From Octopus sinensis (taxonomy: Eukaryota), in the NCBI RefSeq assembly GCF_006345805.1, contig NC_042999.1, positions 149,358,001 to 149,422,000 on the forward strand: 64,000 nt of DNA. Direction: 5' to 3'. The notes under the pieces were generated by a model. It was not told the DNA's origin, did no database searches, and worked only from the letters and a program-made list of their open reading frames with translations. The translations under genes and the position numbers were made by a program. Positions 50,681 through 64,000 of the stretch are shown here, one piece after another; position 1 is the first letter of the stretch, and the number at the start of each line of letters is the position of its first letter.

Positions 50681-52574
50681 TCTAATTTTGGAATAGTGTT
50701 TGACTTGCAGTGTAACCCAAATGCATATTATCCTGACACCCAAACAGTGGTTGTTCTAGGTAAGGAGGACTGAATGGTCTACTTTGCTCTAGAGGTACTG
50801 TACTCCTAAATGAGTACCTCGAGGTGCAACTTGTGGAATTTTCCTTCAGTTATATTTTCTATTTAAGAAATGTTTTCTATGGCTAGATGTCCTTTCTTAT
50901 CATCAACTATTTTACAGAATGTACTTGGTGTATTTTATTGGTACTAGAAATGTTGTATCATATGAGGGGGACTAAAAATTATCCATTACTTTATATCAGT
51001 TCACCTTCAGAGTTATTGTCCTCCTGGACAGCAAGCCAGAGATGTAGCACATGGAGCTCACACCTGTCACTATACAGAAAGGGGAAGACCTTAACTGCCA
51101 AATGGTGGAGGCATATGATGGTGATTTGATGCAGCTTAGGATAAAGGTTGCCTCCATGATGTGGGTAGGGATAGCAAAAGAAGGGTTGTAAAAGTATCCT
51201 AGGTGACTTGGGGTGAGGCTGTCTTTATAGTGCTACATAGAAGGACATATTAAGAAGTTCTTGAGAAGCCACAAAAAAGTTGTCATGTGAATAATTATAG
51301 ACAGGGAGAGGATGCAAAGCAATATTTTCTGGTTTTAGCCCATTGATATAATAAATAACAGAAACAGAATATAATTAATCAACAGGAATTCTGTTGTGTT
51401 CATGCTTTGTTATTAATTATTGTAAAAGCATGGCTGAGTGGGTATCTTCTGAGCAGTCAGAAGTGAGGGTATCTTATGGGCAGTTACAAGCGTGGTTACC
51501 TTCTGGGCAATTAGAAGTGTGGGTATCCCTATTGGGGGTGGAGGGATGCATATCAAGATTTTCTGAAGGAACATTTTTTTATCTCGTTGAGTTAGAAAGG
51601 AAGAGTGGAATGTATCTACAAACCAGAGACCTGACTTGAATGCTTGCAACAGAGCATGAATCTGCTAAAGACACCCAAGGTGGCAATAAACTGGGTGACA
51701 GATTAAGTGTACCGACCAAGAAAGCCATGGCAAAACTTGAAAAAAAGTTGTTGCATTTGACAATAGGTCATCAGTGAATGCACCAACCCACAATGCACTG
51801 AAAGTAAATTATTTATAACACAAAACATCAACTTGCTTGTAAATAGTATATATGCATACACACACTGAAGGACTTAAATGGTGAATTTTAAGAATGAACA
51901 AGGAAGACAAGGTAACCTAGGTTTTATAGCAAAACACACACACCACCCTTGTGTGTGTGTATTTTATATTATAAAACCTCACTTGTCTTCTGCTATTCTT
52001 AAAATAGTCTTCAAATAATTACGTCCACCGAAAATATTCAGTTGCTTTCCTTTAGCTATAGAATCAAGCAAAGCAGTATATAACTGCTTCTTCACCATAT
52101 CATCATCATCATCATTTAATGTTTATTTTCCATGCTAGCATGGGTTGGACGGCTTGATAGGAGCTGGCAAACCAGAGAGCCGCACTGGGCTCCAATTATC
52201 TGTTTTGGCATGGTTGCTACAGATGGATTCCTTTCCTAACAACAACTACTATAGAAAGTGTACTGGGTACTTTTATATGGTACCATCACCCACGCTTTTT
52301 ATGTGGCACCAGTCCATAATGCACTTATACTAATATTTATAAAACTTAACATTAACTTCCATTATTGTCATCTATGGCATTCTTGCTCCATTTTTGGGAT
52401 ATATATAAATATATACCTATAAAAGCACCCACTACACTCTCGGAGTGGTTGGCATTAGGAAGGGCTTCCAGCTGTAGAAACTCTGCCAGATCAGATTTGA
52501 GTTTGGTTTGCCAGACCTCAGTCAAATCGTCCAACCCATGCTAGCATGGAAAGCAGATGTTAAATGTTGATAAT

Positions 52575-52614
<40 letters not shown>

Positions 52615-54129
52615 GTTTGATCAATAAATATCCAGATTGTTGCCATAGTAAAGAAGCTAAAGCATGCAGAGTGAAGCTGCTTGGCAAAGATTGACATTGA
52701 ATTCTGCTGTACATGTGCACGAAATTTTTACATTCTAGCTTGCTTCTGCTGTTTATAGAAGTGCTTGGAAGTAAGGAGTGTAACATATGATATCTTTAGC
52801 ATCTCCACCATGATTCTGGATGGACCAGGAACTTTCTCAGCTTACATGTTTTTAATTGCCTTATCTACCATACTGCTATCCACTAAGATAGCTGATCCCT
52901 CTGTTGGGTTCACATGAGGGAGACTTCTTTGTCCCATTCATTCTCTACATACAACAGTCTCACATAGTAACTTTTCCATGCCTCTCTCTTGTCCACATGT
53001 ACAAGAATACTATTATCCATCCACACACTTGTCTCCTACACACACAGTGTGTATGTGTGTGTGTTATGATATAAACCTTGCTTAGCTTCCCTTCCTCCCC
53101 CATCCTTAAAATCTTCCATGGTTAAATAATTTTCATCAATAATTTTGAATTGTTTTCTTTCAGTTATAAAACCAAATGAAAACAACAAAACAATATGGCT
53201 GCACAAAGCATTGGGACCATATTGAAAATGAGATGATACAATACCAACCCACACATTATGCACCAAAACTAAAATTTATAATGGAAAACATAAAATTTGT
53301 AGAACATACAAGCATGCATACATGCATATATACATGCAAAAAATATCCATCCTATCAAATAATTTTAGATTATTTCCTTTTTCTTGTGAAGCCAACCAAA
53401 GAAACATGGCTACTTTAAGCCAATCGTTGTAATACATAACAGAAATTGAAACAGAAAACAAATGAAATAATTGGGGTTTTGTGGTATTCATGCAATTTTT
53501 AAAATAATATTGAAGAAAGATGTAGGAGTGGCTGTGTGGTAAGTAGCTTGTTTACCAACCACATGGTTCCGGGTTCAGTCCCACAGCGTGGCACCTTGGG
53601 CAAGTGTCTTCTACTATAGCCCCGGGCTGACCAAAGCCTTGTGAGTGGATTTGGTAGACGGAAACTGAAAAAAGCCCGTCGTATATATGTATATATATAT
53701 ATGTGTGTGTGTTTGTCCCCCTAGCATTGTTTGACAACCGATGCTGGTGTGTTTATGTCCCTGTTACTTAGCGGTTCGGCAAAATAGACCAATTGAATAA
53801 GTACTGGGCTTACAAAAGAATAAGTCCCGGGGTTGAGTTGCTCAATTAAAGGCGGTGCTCCAGCATGGCCGCTGTCAAATGACTGAAACAAGTAAAAGAG
53901 TAAAGAGTAAATAAGAGAAATACTTCTATCCAAGAAATATTTACCACCCTATTAATAGGGTTTCAAATTTTGGCACACCACCAAAATTTAAGTTGGAGGG
54001 GTGAGATTGATTACACTGACCCAAACGCTTGACTGGTACTTATTTTATCAACCCCAAAGGGATGAAAGATAAACTAACCTTGATGAGTTTTAAACTTGGA
54101 ATGTAAATAGCTAGAAGAAATGAAACAAA

Positions 54130-54494
54130 GCATTTTGTCCATCAAGACAATGTTCCAGTACACAAGTCCTTGGTTTCAATGATTGCTGTGCGTGACAGTG
54201 GCTTTGAACCGGTTGAACACCCTCCCTATTCTCTTAATTTGGCTTCATCTGACTATCATCTGTTCCCAGATGTGAAAAAACACTTGACTGGTATGATGAC
54301 ATCATATCTGCTGCTGATGACATTTTTTGACCAACAGGATGAGAGCGTCTTCACCAATGGGATGTAAGCACTGCAACACTGATGGAAGAAGTGTGTGGAT
54401 TGCAAAGGGAATTATGATGAAAACTAAACCTCATTTGGTCACATTCTATGAGAGTATCTTGGTTAGCCTATAAACTTTTCAGTCAGCCCTCATA
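54130..54494 (+). mobile_element. mariner (Tc1/mariner) transposase 3' remnant with right TIR
   Basis: HQDNVPVHKS...GFEPVEHPPYSLNLASSDYHLFPDVKKHL (QDNA and HPPYSPDLAP.DY motifs); ends cctataaacttttcagtcagccctca|TA. Confidence 0.85.
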
Positions 54495-54999
54495 CTAATC
54501 ATCCTGTGAGCTTGACACCACTCACTGATGGCTCATACTTAACATTCCTCTCCAGTTTCTAAAATGCTTTATTCAGTGCCATCTTCGAATTACCAAAGTC
54601 CTAAATTTCCAGGCAGTAGGTTCTACAATAAAAATTTCGAAGTCATTTCACACTTGCATGACACATAACACCAAGCCACCATTCAATTTGAAACTGGTGT
54701 ATGGTTAAGAAGCTCACTTTTCAAGCATGTAGTCTCAGGTTCCGTACCACTGCATGGTACCTTGGGAATGTACTCTCTACTATAACCCTGTGCCTACCAA
54801 TAACTTGTGAGTGAATATAGTAGATGGAAACTGTATGGAAGCCTGTCATATATATATATATATAGACGATACATTGATGATACACACACACGCACACACA
54901 CCACACACACATATATATATATATATAGTTAATCCAAACATGAAAACACAAAGAGAAAACACAACAACGCAAGGACGTGGAACAAATATAGTATTATAA

Positions 55000-55701
55000 A
55001 TCTTGCACAACAAATGGAACACTATAGAAAGGACAAAAAAGAAAATAGGGAAGGCCAACTCTTGGTATGATAGCCATAAATACCAGAGTGTCATGTTCGT
55101 TGACACCACCCCTGGAGGTGAACTGGCGTACCGCTTTAGAAGGACCCTAGATAAACTTAAACTAAGAATTAAGGTTGTTGAAAAGCCAGGCAACCTATCC
55201 TTTTAGTAGAACTCTCTGTACGGATAACTATTGCACTGTATGTAGATTTAGCCCACAAACAAACTGTAAAGCCAGAAATGTGGTCTATAGTATAAGATGT
55301 ATAGAGGGACGATGCAGTAACAAGACAGTAACATACATAGGGGAAACAGCAAGAAGCATTGGAGAGCGGGTGAATGAACATTGGAGACAACTCAAGGAAG
55401 GTAAAAGCTCATCGATTCTGTACCAACACGCCGAACAAGAACACGGGGGATCAATCAATAACATAGAGATTAAGATATTGTCCACACATAGAACAGATGC
55501 AACAATTAGACAAATTACAGAAGCTACACATATAATAGAAAATAAACTAGCCTGAATAGAAAACTAGAATGGAGCAATAGCACACACCACAACATATGAC
55601 GATAGTGGATCCTGCAAACATAATAAATACACAGATAATTAAAGAAATAGAAATGAATAACTATATATATGTATATGTGTATATATGTATATATGTGTGT
55701 A

Positions 55702-55746
<45 letters not shown>

Positions 55747-56221
55747 TTTCGATTAGATTTATTATTATTATTAGTAATATTGTTGTTATACATACATACA
55801 AGCATATGTAATGATAATAATAGGTGGATGTAAACGCATGAACAAAATTAGAACAAAAGCAACAACAACAAAACAAAATACAAATTACAAGAATGTATAT
55901 AACCAGAAGATACAAATATTACAGGCATCCCCCCCACACACACACTAAATAAACATAGACGCACATAGAGATATAAGCATGCGCAAATGAAGACATACAA
56001 TAGAAATACAAAATGGCTGACGGTTAGTAAGGAGAGACACAAGTAAGTGAGAAGAAAACAAAGGACCACTGATGCGGTCACAGGAGTGTGACGAAAGAAC
56101 TTTGGCCGAAATAAGATTAAGATTAATGTAAAAAATAAATATCACTGTAGCAAAATAACACCAAATATATAGTGCGTGTGTTTTTATTGGCTAAACTGGC
56201 AATATGACCATTCCGAAATAT

Positions 56222-56230
<9 letters not shown>
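55000..56230 (+). mobile_element. Penelope-like element 3' half: RT thumb/linker, GIY-YIG endonuclease and 3' terminal repeat region
   Basis: SVMFVDTTPGGELA...IKVVEKPG, a frameshift, then CTVC...CKARNVVYSIRC...YIGETARSIGERVNEH...R..TEATHI. Its 3' segment (56135-56227) recurs at ~63030-63112. Confidence 0.85.
56063..56107 (+). ncRNA. Degenerate minimal type-I hammerhead in the Penelope terminal region
   Basis: GGACCA-CTGATGC-G-GTCAC-aggagt-GTGAC-GAAA-GAACTT-TGGCC. Perfect 5-bp stem II followed by GAAA, but A9 is replaced by C. Confidence 0.45.
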
Positions 56231-56259
<29 letters not shown>

Positions 56260-57508
56260 GTTGATGATTCCATATTCCTAAAAAGCACTGGTGAAGGCGT
56301 CACAAAAAAAAGTACCCATACACTTTGTAAAGTTGTTGGTGTTTGAAGGGTATACACCGAAAAAAACTAACCCAATGTCAGGTGATATAAAAGCCATGGG
56401 TGTTTTCAAGTGCCATTGACTAGTTAGGAAGAAATTGTGGCTAGCTGGGCAAAATTGGCACTCTGCTACAATCTTTTGCAGTAGTTGTAAACTTACTCAT
56501 CTCAGGATCTCCCTTTTTGTGGCACGATCCTACCATTTGATCTTCAGGATCTTTGTGAAGCATCTTTGATAGAATACATTCAGTTTTCTATCCACCCTTA
56601 CTGTGTTCTTCCAAGTCGCATTGGCAAAGATTGAGTATATATGTATATATATATCTATGTGTGTATTTGTGTCTTTATATTAGTCCCCTCAACCCTGGTT
56701 GACAACTGGTAACTTAGTGCTTTGGTAAAAAATGCTGATAGAATAAGTACCAGATTTAAAAATAAGTATTGGAGTCAATTTCTTTGACTAAACCCTACAA
56801 GACAATGCTCCAGCATGGCTGCAGTTCAATAACTGGTAAAAGATAAATTATTCAATAGAAAGGAGGAAAAGGAGGGAAGTTTAGTTAGAAAATAAGGCTT
56901 ACTTGAACAGAGTTGACCAAATTTTACTTAACACTGGAAATAACATAGTAAATCAGTTTATTTAATGGAGCTGTGGAAGCCTGTCATATGGATGCCCTTT
57001 CTAACACCAACCACTTTACAGAGTGTACTGGGTGCTTTTTTTTATGTGGTACCTTCACCAGTGCTTTTTAGGAACATGGAACCATCAACCTATGTATATA
57101 TAAATATATAATAAATAAATGCGCCCTTTTAAAGCCTAGCCAGGCTCATGGGCCTGGTTTCACTGGCGTATGTGTTCCCCAGCTGGACGGGACGCCAGTC
57201 CATCGCAACGTTACTCATTTTGCCAGCTAAGTGGACTGGAGCAACGTGAAATCAAGTGCTTTGCTCAAGAACACAATGCGTCGGCCGGTCCAGGAATCAA
57301 AACCATAATCTTACGATCATGATGCTGACACCCTAACCACTAAGCCATGCGCCTCCACACACAAACACACACACACACACATATATATTTAATCAATATA
57401 TCATTAATATATATATATGACAGGCTTCCACTGTTGCCCATCAATAAACTTCTGAACTAGTAACTGCCATGAAAAGAGACAAGGGAAAAAAAAATTGCAT
57501 AAACTTAC

Positions 57509-57567
57509 CCGTTCAGGTTTAAGCCATGTTTCACAATTTGGGTTGTCACAAGACATTTTCAAACCAT
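57509..57567 (-). CDS. PLEKHG5: PLEKHG5-like RhoGEF, most 5' exon found: (D)GLKMSCDNPNCETWLKPER; probable start ATG at 57556, or a phase-1 internal exon
   Basis: Acceptor ttgttattttcag|A and donor CGG|gtaagt. Ends in phase 0, in frame with the 33557 exon. Linkage across the ~24-kb intron is inferred. Confidence 0.7.
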
Positions 57568-59423
57568 CTGAAAATAACAAGAGTTTTGTTCCATTAGGAG
57601 TCCTCATTTAATGGAGTTTTATTTAATGTCATTTCATTATATAGCTGATCATCATCATCCATTGTCCATGCTGCATGGGTTGGACGATTTGACCAGGGCT
57701 GGCAAGCTGGAAGGCTGCACCAGACCCCAGTCTGATTTGATATGGTTTCTACAGCTGGATGCCCTTTCTAACGCCAACCACTTCACAGGTGTTACGGGTG
57801 CTTTTACATGCCACTGGCACGGGTGCCATTTGCATGACACCAGTATCTGCCACAACTGCAATTTTACTTGGCTTGATGGGTCTTTTTCTGAAGCACAACA
57901 TAATGCCAAAGGTCTGTCATTGCCTCTGTGAGGCCCAACACTCGAAAGGAGCTTTTTATGTGCCACCAGAATCAGCCACTTTGCTACTGTGAGGCCCAAC
58001 GCTTGAAAGGTGCTTTTTACATGCCAGTTACAAGACATCTTCATCAACCATGACTATGATTTCACTTGGCTTGATGGGTCTTCTGAAGCAGTGAAAAATA
58101 AAAGATAAAAACTAAATACTGTAAAATCAAAATTTGCAAAGTACACCCCACAAACTGATTCTTTTTATTTATTTCTTTTCTAACTTGGTGCATTTTTGAT
58201 TCAGTAAAAAAATGAATAAATAATGATAGCTATAACTAGTCACTGAATTATTTTTTATTTCATAAATGTCATCCAAGATATAATCTTTATGTTTATCATG
58301 TACTTGATAGAGATCTAACTTTTCAGGTTTTGCAATACTTTGAAATATGAAACAAACAATGAAAACTAAAGCATGATAATGTATTTAAAAGATACCGATC
58401 AATATACTTCTACAGCAGGGTCTGTTTGATCTTAAATGCACTGAGCCTAAAATGCTTTAATTTTGATTTTCCAGTAACTCATTTAATACCTTTCGACAAG
58501 GTTTTAAATGAAAATTATAATAAACTGGGACACATCAAATGGAGAGAGGTGAGTGTATAAATTAAAAATGGTGTGTATAAATTAAAAATAGGCAGCAAAA
58601 TACTAAAAAGTTGGCCAAATTAAAAAACAAGCCATCATCGTCGTCGCCGCCGCCGATAAGCACTGCCTACCTTGCCTAGCTAGGTGGCATGTCCCTGTTA
58701 TCCACATAATAAAAGAAAAGGTGGAAGGAGACATTGGAACTGGGGAGAGATAAAAGTAGTGGTGATGAGGTGTCAGGAGGGACTTTCAAGATATGAGATA
58801 AGTGGAAGTAAGTGGAGACAGGAGAACAGGAAATATTGATTGGTAGAGGTTGATTGGTTAGAGATAGGGAATGAGTGAGAAGATGAATATTATGAACAAA
58901 TATAGGGAAGGTAGGGATAAGTAAGGGCGATAAAGAAGAGTGACAACTGTAGAAACTGGGTAAGGTTGAGGAGTTAGCAATAATACATGTGATGTGGGAG
59001 GTAGGGGGTAGAAAACACTCTTTACAATATTTGCTTTGTAAATATTACTTGATCTATTCTACTTGTAATTGTGACTAAATGTACTCTACACTACTATTGT
59101 CTGTGTGTACCAAAACCCAAAACAGCAAAAGTTGCGCCATCAGAAACTAAATTCAAAATGTTAAACAGATTTGATGATGGATAGCAAGGTGTAAGGTACC
59201 TAAAGGATTCTCAATCTTCAATCTGCAACAGCATGAACAATTTATAATAATGCAAAAAAAAAAAAAAGTTTATGCTCAAAGTATATCTTTAGCTGCTAGA
59301 AAATTAATTAAAGAACAGAACCAACATAAAGGAAGGTATGAAAAGACTTTAAAGAATATGGATATACATATCATTCATCAACATAAGTCTACATGTTTAT
59401 TAAATGTTATACAAATTAAAGCT

Positions 59424-59648
59424 TTAACCCTTTCGTTACCAACCCAGCTGAAACCAGCTCTGGCTTTGAATACAAATGTCTTGTTTTCATAAGTTTTGAA
59501 ATAAAATCTTCCACCAAACCTTAGTCACAATTTATATTCCTAACACTAGCTGAAAGATAAAGTTATTTTACTAAATTCTTTGTTATATTTAAAGTAATTG
59601 GAAGAAACACAGAGCATCTCAACAGAAATACAGTAATAAAAGGGTTAA
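59424..59648. mobile_element. piggyBac-type MITE with TTAA ends
   Basis: TTAA-CCCTTTCGTTAC ... GTAATAAAAGGG-TTAA. Confidence 0.8.
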
Positions 59649-59869
59649 ATGTATTTGATGATCAACAAGAAACAGGGTTCCAATGCTAAGAGAGAAAATT
59701 TTGTAGCAAGTCATGGTCAGTTTCATTTGTTTAAAATTACCTCACATCCAGATTGTTATTCGGATGTGGTACAATTTATCTGGAGAATTTATGAGCACCA
59801 ACAATGAAGTTACAGCTGTTTTTCTAGCTTTATGAGAAATATAAGTGAAGGAGGATACAAAACACTTTT

Positions 59870-60480
59870 TTAGCTTCAGATCCCCTTGTGCTACTCAATG
59901 CATTGAGCAACAAGCTTCTGCCACCAGGTTCAATCGTATGTTAATCTTGCACATCCATTCCATCTCATGTTGGCTGTTTTCAGGTTATTTTGAAATGTCC
60001 ACTGCCAAGAGATCTTCAGTCTTCCCCTTTCATGCTTGCAATCAGGTGATGCCCAAGTTATGACTGCTTCCAAGTGCCACTGACTGATCAGCTAGACAGA
60101 ATGTGGTCAGCCAGGCAGAATCAGTACTCTGTTACAAACTATTGCAGTGGTTGTGACCTTTTGCTTTTCGGAATCTCTTCATTAGTGACACACCCCTCAC
60201 CAGTTAACCCTGAGAATCTTTCTGAGACACCTTTCATGGAATACATTTAGTCTTCTATTTGTCTTTATTGTGCTCTTCTATTAAATTGCAGTAAGCAGAA
60301 TGATGAATACACAGCATAGAAATTTTTTAACGTAGACAGGCTTGTTTGGGAAATGAAATCCACAATGAACTTACATTTCTGAGGAATTTCAAGACTGCCA
60401 AAGCCTGTATGATTCTCTTACTTAGAGGTAATGCTTCAGGAAACTTAAAGCTGAAGCCATTTGGTTGCTTTTCAGCCTTG
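59870..60480 (-). mobile_element. RTE-clade LINE 3' fragment, decayed
   Basis: Minus strand RRLNVFHERCLRKILRVNW..VTNEEI..., ending W.KLVAQC. Confidence 0.65.
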
Positions 60481-60569
60481 AAGCAATATTAGCTTTGAAA
60501 GGATTCTCCAAGTCTCATCCTTCTGTTATATAAACCAGAGAAATCCAATTTATGATGCGTCTTTAAGCA

Positions 60570-60960
60570 ACTGATATATGTTTTGCAAACAACTTGCACA
60601 TGCAAGTGCTACCAGTCAAAAGCTCCGCATACCGAAAGTCAGCAAGTGTTTAGGGTCATCAGGAGAGGATGCGTGCCATTTCAGGGGCTTACCTCTTAAT
60701 GGCATCATTGTGCAATGGTCCCCGCCTCACTGATATGAGGTCCCACTTGCTATATCAAATGGTTATCAAATGAAGCTCAATATTCTTCTAGTCATCGCTC
60801 ATCATCTCTTTTTAATCAAATCCAGTGGCTAGCCTTTTCCACTGTAGTTTGGATATCGTTCACGGTGGTATTTACTTTATGCTGAGTTAGGCCTAATGAT
60901 AACAACAGTCACCTCACACTGTGTCCAACAAATCCTCGTGTTCTAGCTGAATACTCAATC
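60570..60960 (-). mobile_element. RLE-type (HERO-like) non-LTR retrotransposon 3' end, copy 1
   Basis: Homologous to 63190-63640; TRGFVGHSVR..WIWLKRDDE. Confidence 0.75.
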
Positions 60961-61169
60961 ACATTCATCTCACTCATCTGGGAATGGGATGTAGAGGTCA
61001 CTGACTGCTGTCTCTTTTTTTCTGAAGAAATAATTGTCTTTAAATTTTGGTACAAGAACAACAATTTTGAGGGGAGGGGTAAATCAATTGCTTTGAACCC
61101 AGTGCTCAAATGGTACTTATCTTATTTCACCCTGAAAGGATGACAGTTTAAAGTTAACTTCAGCAGTAT

Positions 61170-61660
61170 TTGTAAAGGGATTTCGATGATGATGAAAGGA
61201 AGGGTCTATAGGAGTTACATGAGAGCTGCAATGCTGTATGAGAGTGTGACATGGTGTCTGAGGGAGAGAGAGATGGAAATTTTGAGAAGGACCAAGAGAG
61301 CAATTGTGAGAGAAATGTATGGTGTGAAGCTGCTTGATAAGAGGAGGACTGAGGACTTGAAGGGGATGCTGAGGTTGGAGGAGTCGGTGGAACGGCTGAC
61401 AAGAGTGGATGCAGTGTGGTGGTATGGGCATGTATTGAGGAGGGATGGGGAGGGTGCTTGAGTTTGAGGTAAATGTACTGAGGAAAACGTGAAGGGGACA
61501 GGTGGATAGGGAGATTAGGAAGATTGCTTTGAGAAGGGAGGATGCCCAAAACAGAGCAAGATGGCGAGATGGCGTGAGGGCAGTTGCTATGGCATTGAAG
61601 TAGATCTGACCACCTCCATTATTGGGGACAAAACCCGGATTTAAAACACTGGATGACTGA
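61170..61660 (+). mobile_element. RTE-clade LINE C-terminal fragment
   Basis: KGRVYRSYMRAAMLYESVTW...WWYGHVLRR. Confidence 0.8.
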
Positions 61661-62163
61661 TGACTAGCTATATCACAACTGCTAGTAGAAAGTTGAGAGC
61701 AACAGGATAAGAGAAAACAACCACAAAGTATTTTATGTGGAGTAAAATCTACATTGTAGACATCTTGAGTAATGGAGAGCCAATATAAAATATTAATCAG
61801 ATTGTTGAGATGTGCCATCTCAACAATCTCCTGATTTAACTTTTTTATAACAGAAAGCAGGTATATCCACTAAAAATTTCATTACTCTTAATTGCAGAAG
61901 GCTGTTTTATATACCAATCTATCTTTTGTTAAGGAATGTCATACTTTAGAACTATTTTGTCAGGTTTGAAACAATGTGACTTGCAAAAGATACCAATTCT
62001 ATTTTTTGGTAGATATTTAAAATCATAACTGGGATGACCATGAAATTTAATTTTATAATTAAAGGGTTAATTAAATAAATTAGGATGTAGTGACATTACT
62101 TGAATCAAATGGTTGGAAGAACATAAATAGATGTAGTTTTTTACTATTATTATTATTATTATT

Positions 62164-62213
<50 letters not shown>

Positions 62214-63105
62214 CAGAAGTTATAGAGTGACTCAAGAATTGAAAGTTTCATGCATTCATGGAGATGGAACAGCATGATGCTGAAGAAGATAAAAGCAAGG
62301 TTGGGGAACCATTTCAAATCTTAATAACAAGTTACAGCTATTTCACCAAAGATCTGAGAGAGGAGGGAGGAGTGGAGAGAGGGAGAGAATAAAGAGAGGA
62401 GAGAGAGAGAGAGGAAAGAGAGGGGAGAAAGAGGAAAGAAAAAGATTCTCAAAAAAAAAAAAAAGTTAATAATAAGGATACAAATGCTACAAGGAATTAT
62501 ATGAACAGAAAAAACAATAATATAGAACATCAAACGCTGGACATGTTCTTTAAGTAAATAATCATCTTATTGATTTTTATTAATATATCTTAAATATAAT
62601 TATAGCATACACATGTATTTCTATGTTTAATATTAGAAGTGTTTTGAGTCTTTATTAAGAAGTTTATTTATATTTTTTGACTAGAAATATACTGTAGGTG
62701 GGCAAATTGTGTTTATATCATTGTATCATTGAACCTATGGTAAAATTGGATTTGCTTTACGTCACACTTCTCAAGAACCAATCAGCTACTGACTGTACAG
62801 TGTTTATTTTATTGAGGAAAGAGGGGTGGGTATATGATATATATATATATATAGAAGAGGAAGAAAGCAAGAAAGAAATTAAAGAGAAGGTATGGGAAGA
62901 AAGGAAGGACATAGATATATGTATATTAGACTACATACATACCTACTTACACATACACACATATACAAATACAAATATACACATAGAAATATACATACAT
63001 TCAAACATATACACAATTAACATAAGATAAAGCTGTAGCAAGTGAACACCAAATATATAATGCGTGTTTTTATTGGCTAGACTGGCAACATGACCGTCCC
63101 CAAAT

Positions 63106-63181
<76 letters not shown>

Positions 63182-63189
63182 ATAGAGGC

Positions 63190-63650
63190 AATTATGCAAA
63201 TATATGTCTTGCAAACAACTTGCACATGCAAGTGCTACCAGTCAAAAATTCAGCATACCAGAAGCCAGCAAGTGTATGGGGTCATCAGGAGAGAATGCAT
63301 GCCATTTTGGGGCCTGCCTCTTGACGGCATCAATGCGCACTGGCCCCCCCTCACTGATATGAAGCCCCACTTGCTAGATCAACTGGTTATCAAATAAAGC
63401 TCAAAATTCTTCTAGCCATCACTCATCGTCTCTTTTTAACCAAATCCAGTGGCTAGCCTTCTCCACTGTAGTTTGGATATTGGTCATGGTGGTATTGACT
63501 TTACGATGAGTTAGGCCTAACGATAACAACAGCCATCTCACACTGTGTCCGACAAACCCTCTACATCCAACATCGATTGGAAAATGCTCTGCTTTCCAGC
63601 CTGCGTCTTCACATTCCTTGAGGAGGTTTACATAACGGTTAATCAAATTA
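63190..63650 (-). mobile_element. RLE-type (HERO-like) non-LTR retrotransposon 3' end, copy 2
   Basis: YVNLLKECEDAGWKAEHFPIDVGCRGFVGHSVRWLLLSLGL...VEKASHWIWLKRDDE*; the EVGCRGF and ASxWxWxKR motifs are typical of HERO-like RLE C-termini. Confidence 0.78.
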
Positions 63651-64000
63651 GATATATCAAATATAATAGTTTGGGTATGAAATACAAAATATGTATATAT
63701 GCAAATCAAGAGAAAACAAAAAGTGGGGACTCAGATACTGAATGTATAATATATATAGATATTTATATTGACAGATGCAACATACACAGAGTACAAACAA
63801 CAGAGAAAATTGAGGGAGGCTGGGTGATCCATCATAATGTTGGTAAATGTAGTTCACCACAATATGTAGCCATAATATAAGCAATCAACATTGGATAAAT
63901 AGGGTAGAAAAGATCTTACATTTCAAATCATAATGCAAAGAAGTTCAAAGGGGTGAAATGATTAAATGTGGAAAGCTAGCTGTATAAGAGGGAAGAAATA

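Overview
Eukaryotic, very AT-rich and repeat-dense DNA. The repeat families and microsatellite load look cephalopod, most likely Octopus (inference from recalled repeat sequences, not a search). Almost the whole window is intronic sequence of one minus-strand gene. Six GT-AG exons (57567-57509, 33557-33434, 29791-29545, 28344-28272, 21132-21050, 3370-3243) splice in frame into the N-terminus of a PLEKHG5-like RhoGEF: a Cys/His B-box-like motif, a PEPEP linker, a basic patch and a Ras-binding-domain-like fold. The DH-PH exons must lie beyond the left edge. The introns hold many tRNA-derived SINEs, RTE, CR1/L2, R4-like, HERO-like and Penelope retroelement fragments, mariner, hAT and piggyBac-like remnants, a Helitron, a Helentron-type HINE, a foldback MITE and a mini LTR element. 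Most notable: (1) a type-I hammerhead-ribozyme-like motif, sense to the pre-mRNA, present twice through a 1208-bp tandem duplication; (2) two further decayed hammerheads from other families; (3) a mini LTR element with a triplicated tRNA-Ser primer-binding site; (4) a ~1-kb tandem duplication with a chimeric SINE that marks the crossover. Nearly all ORFs in the supplied track are microsatellite or repeat artefacts. Repeat boundaries are approximate unless termini are quoted.
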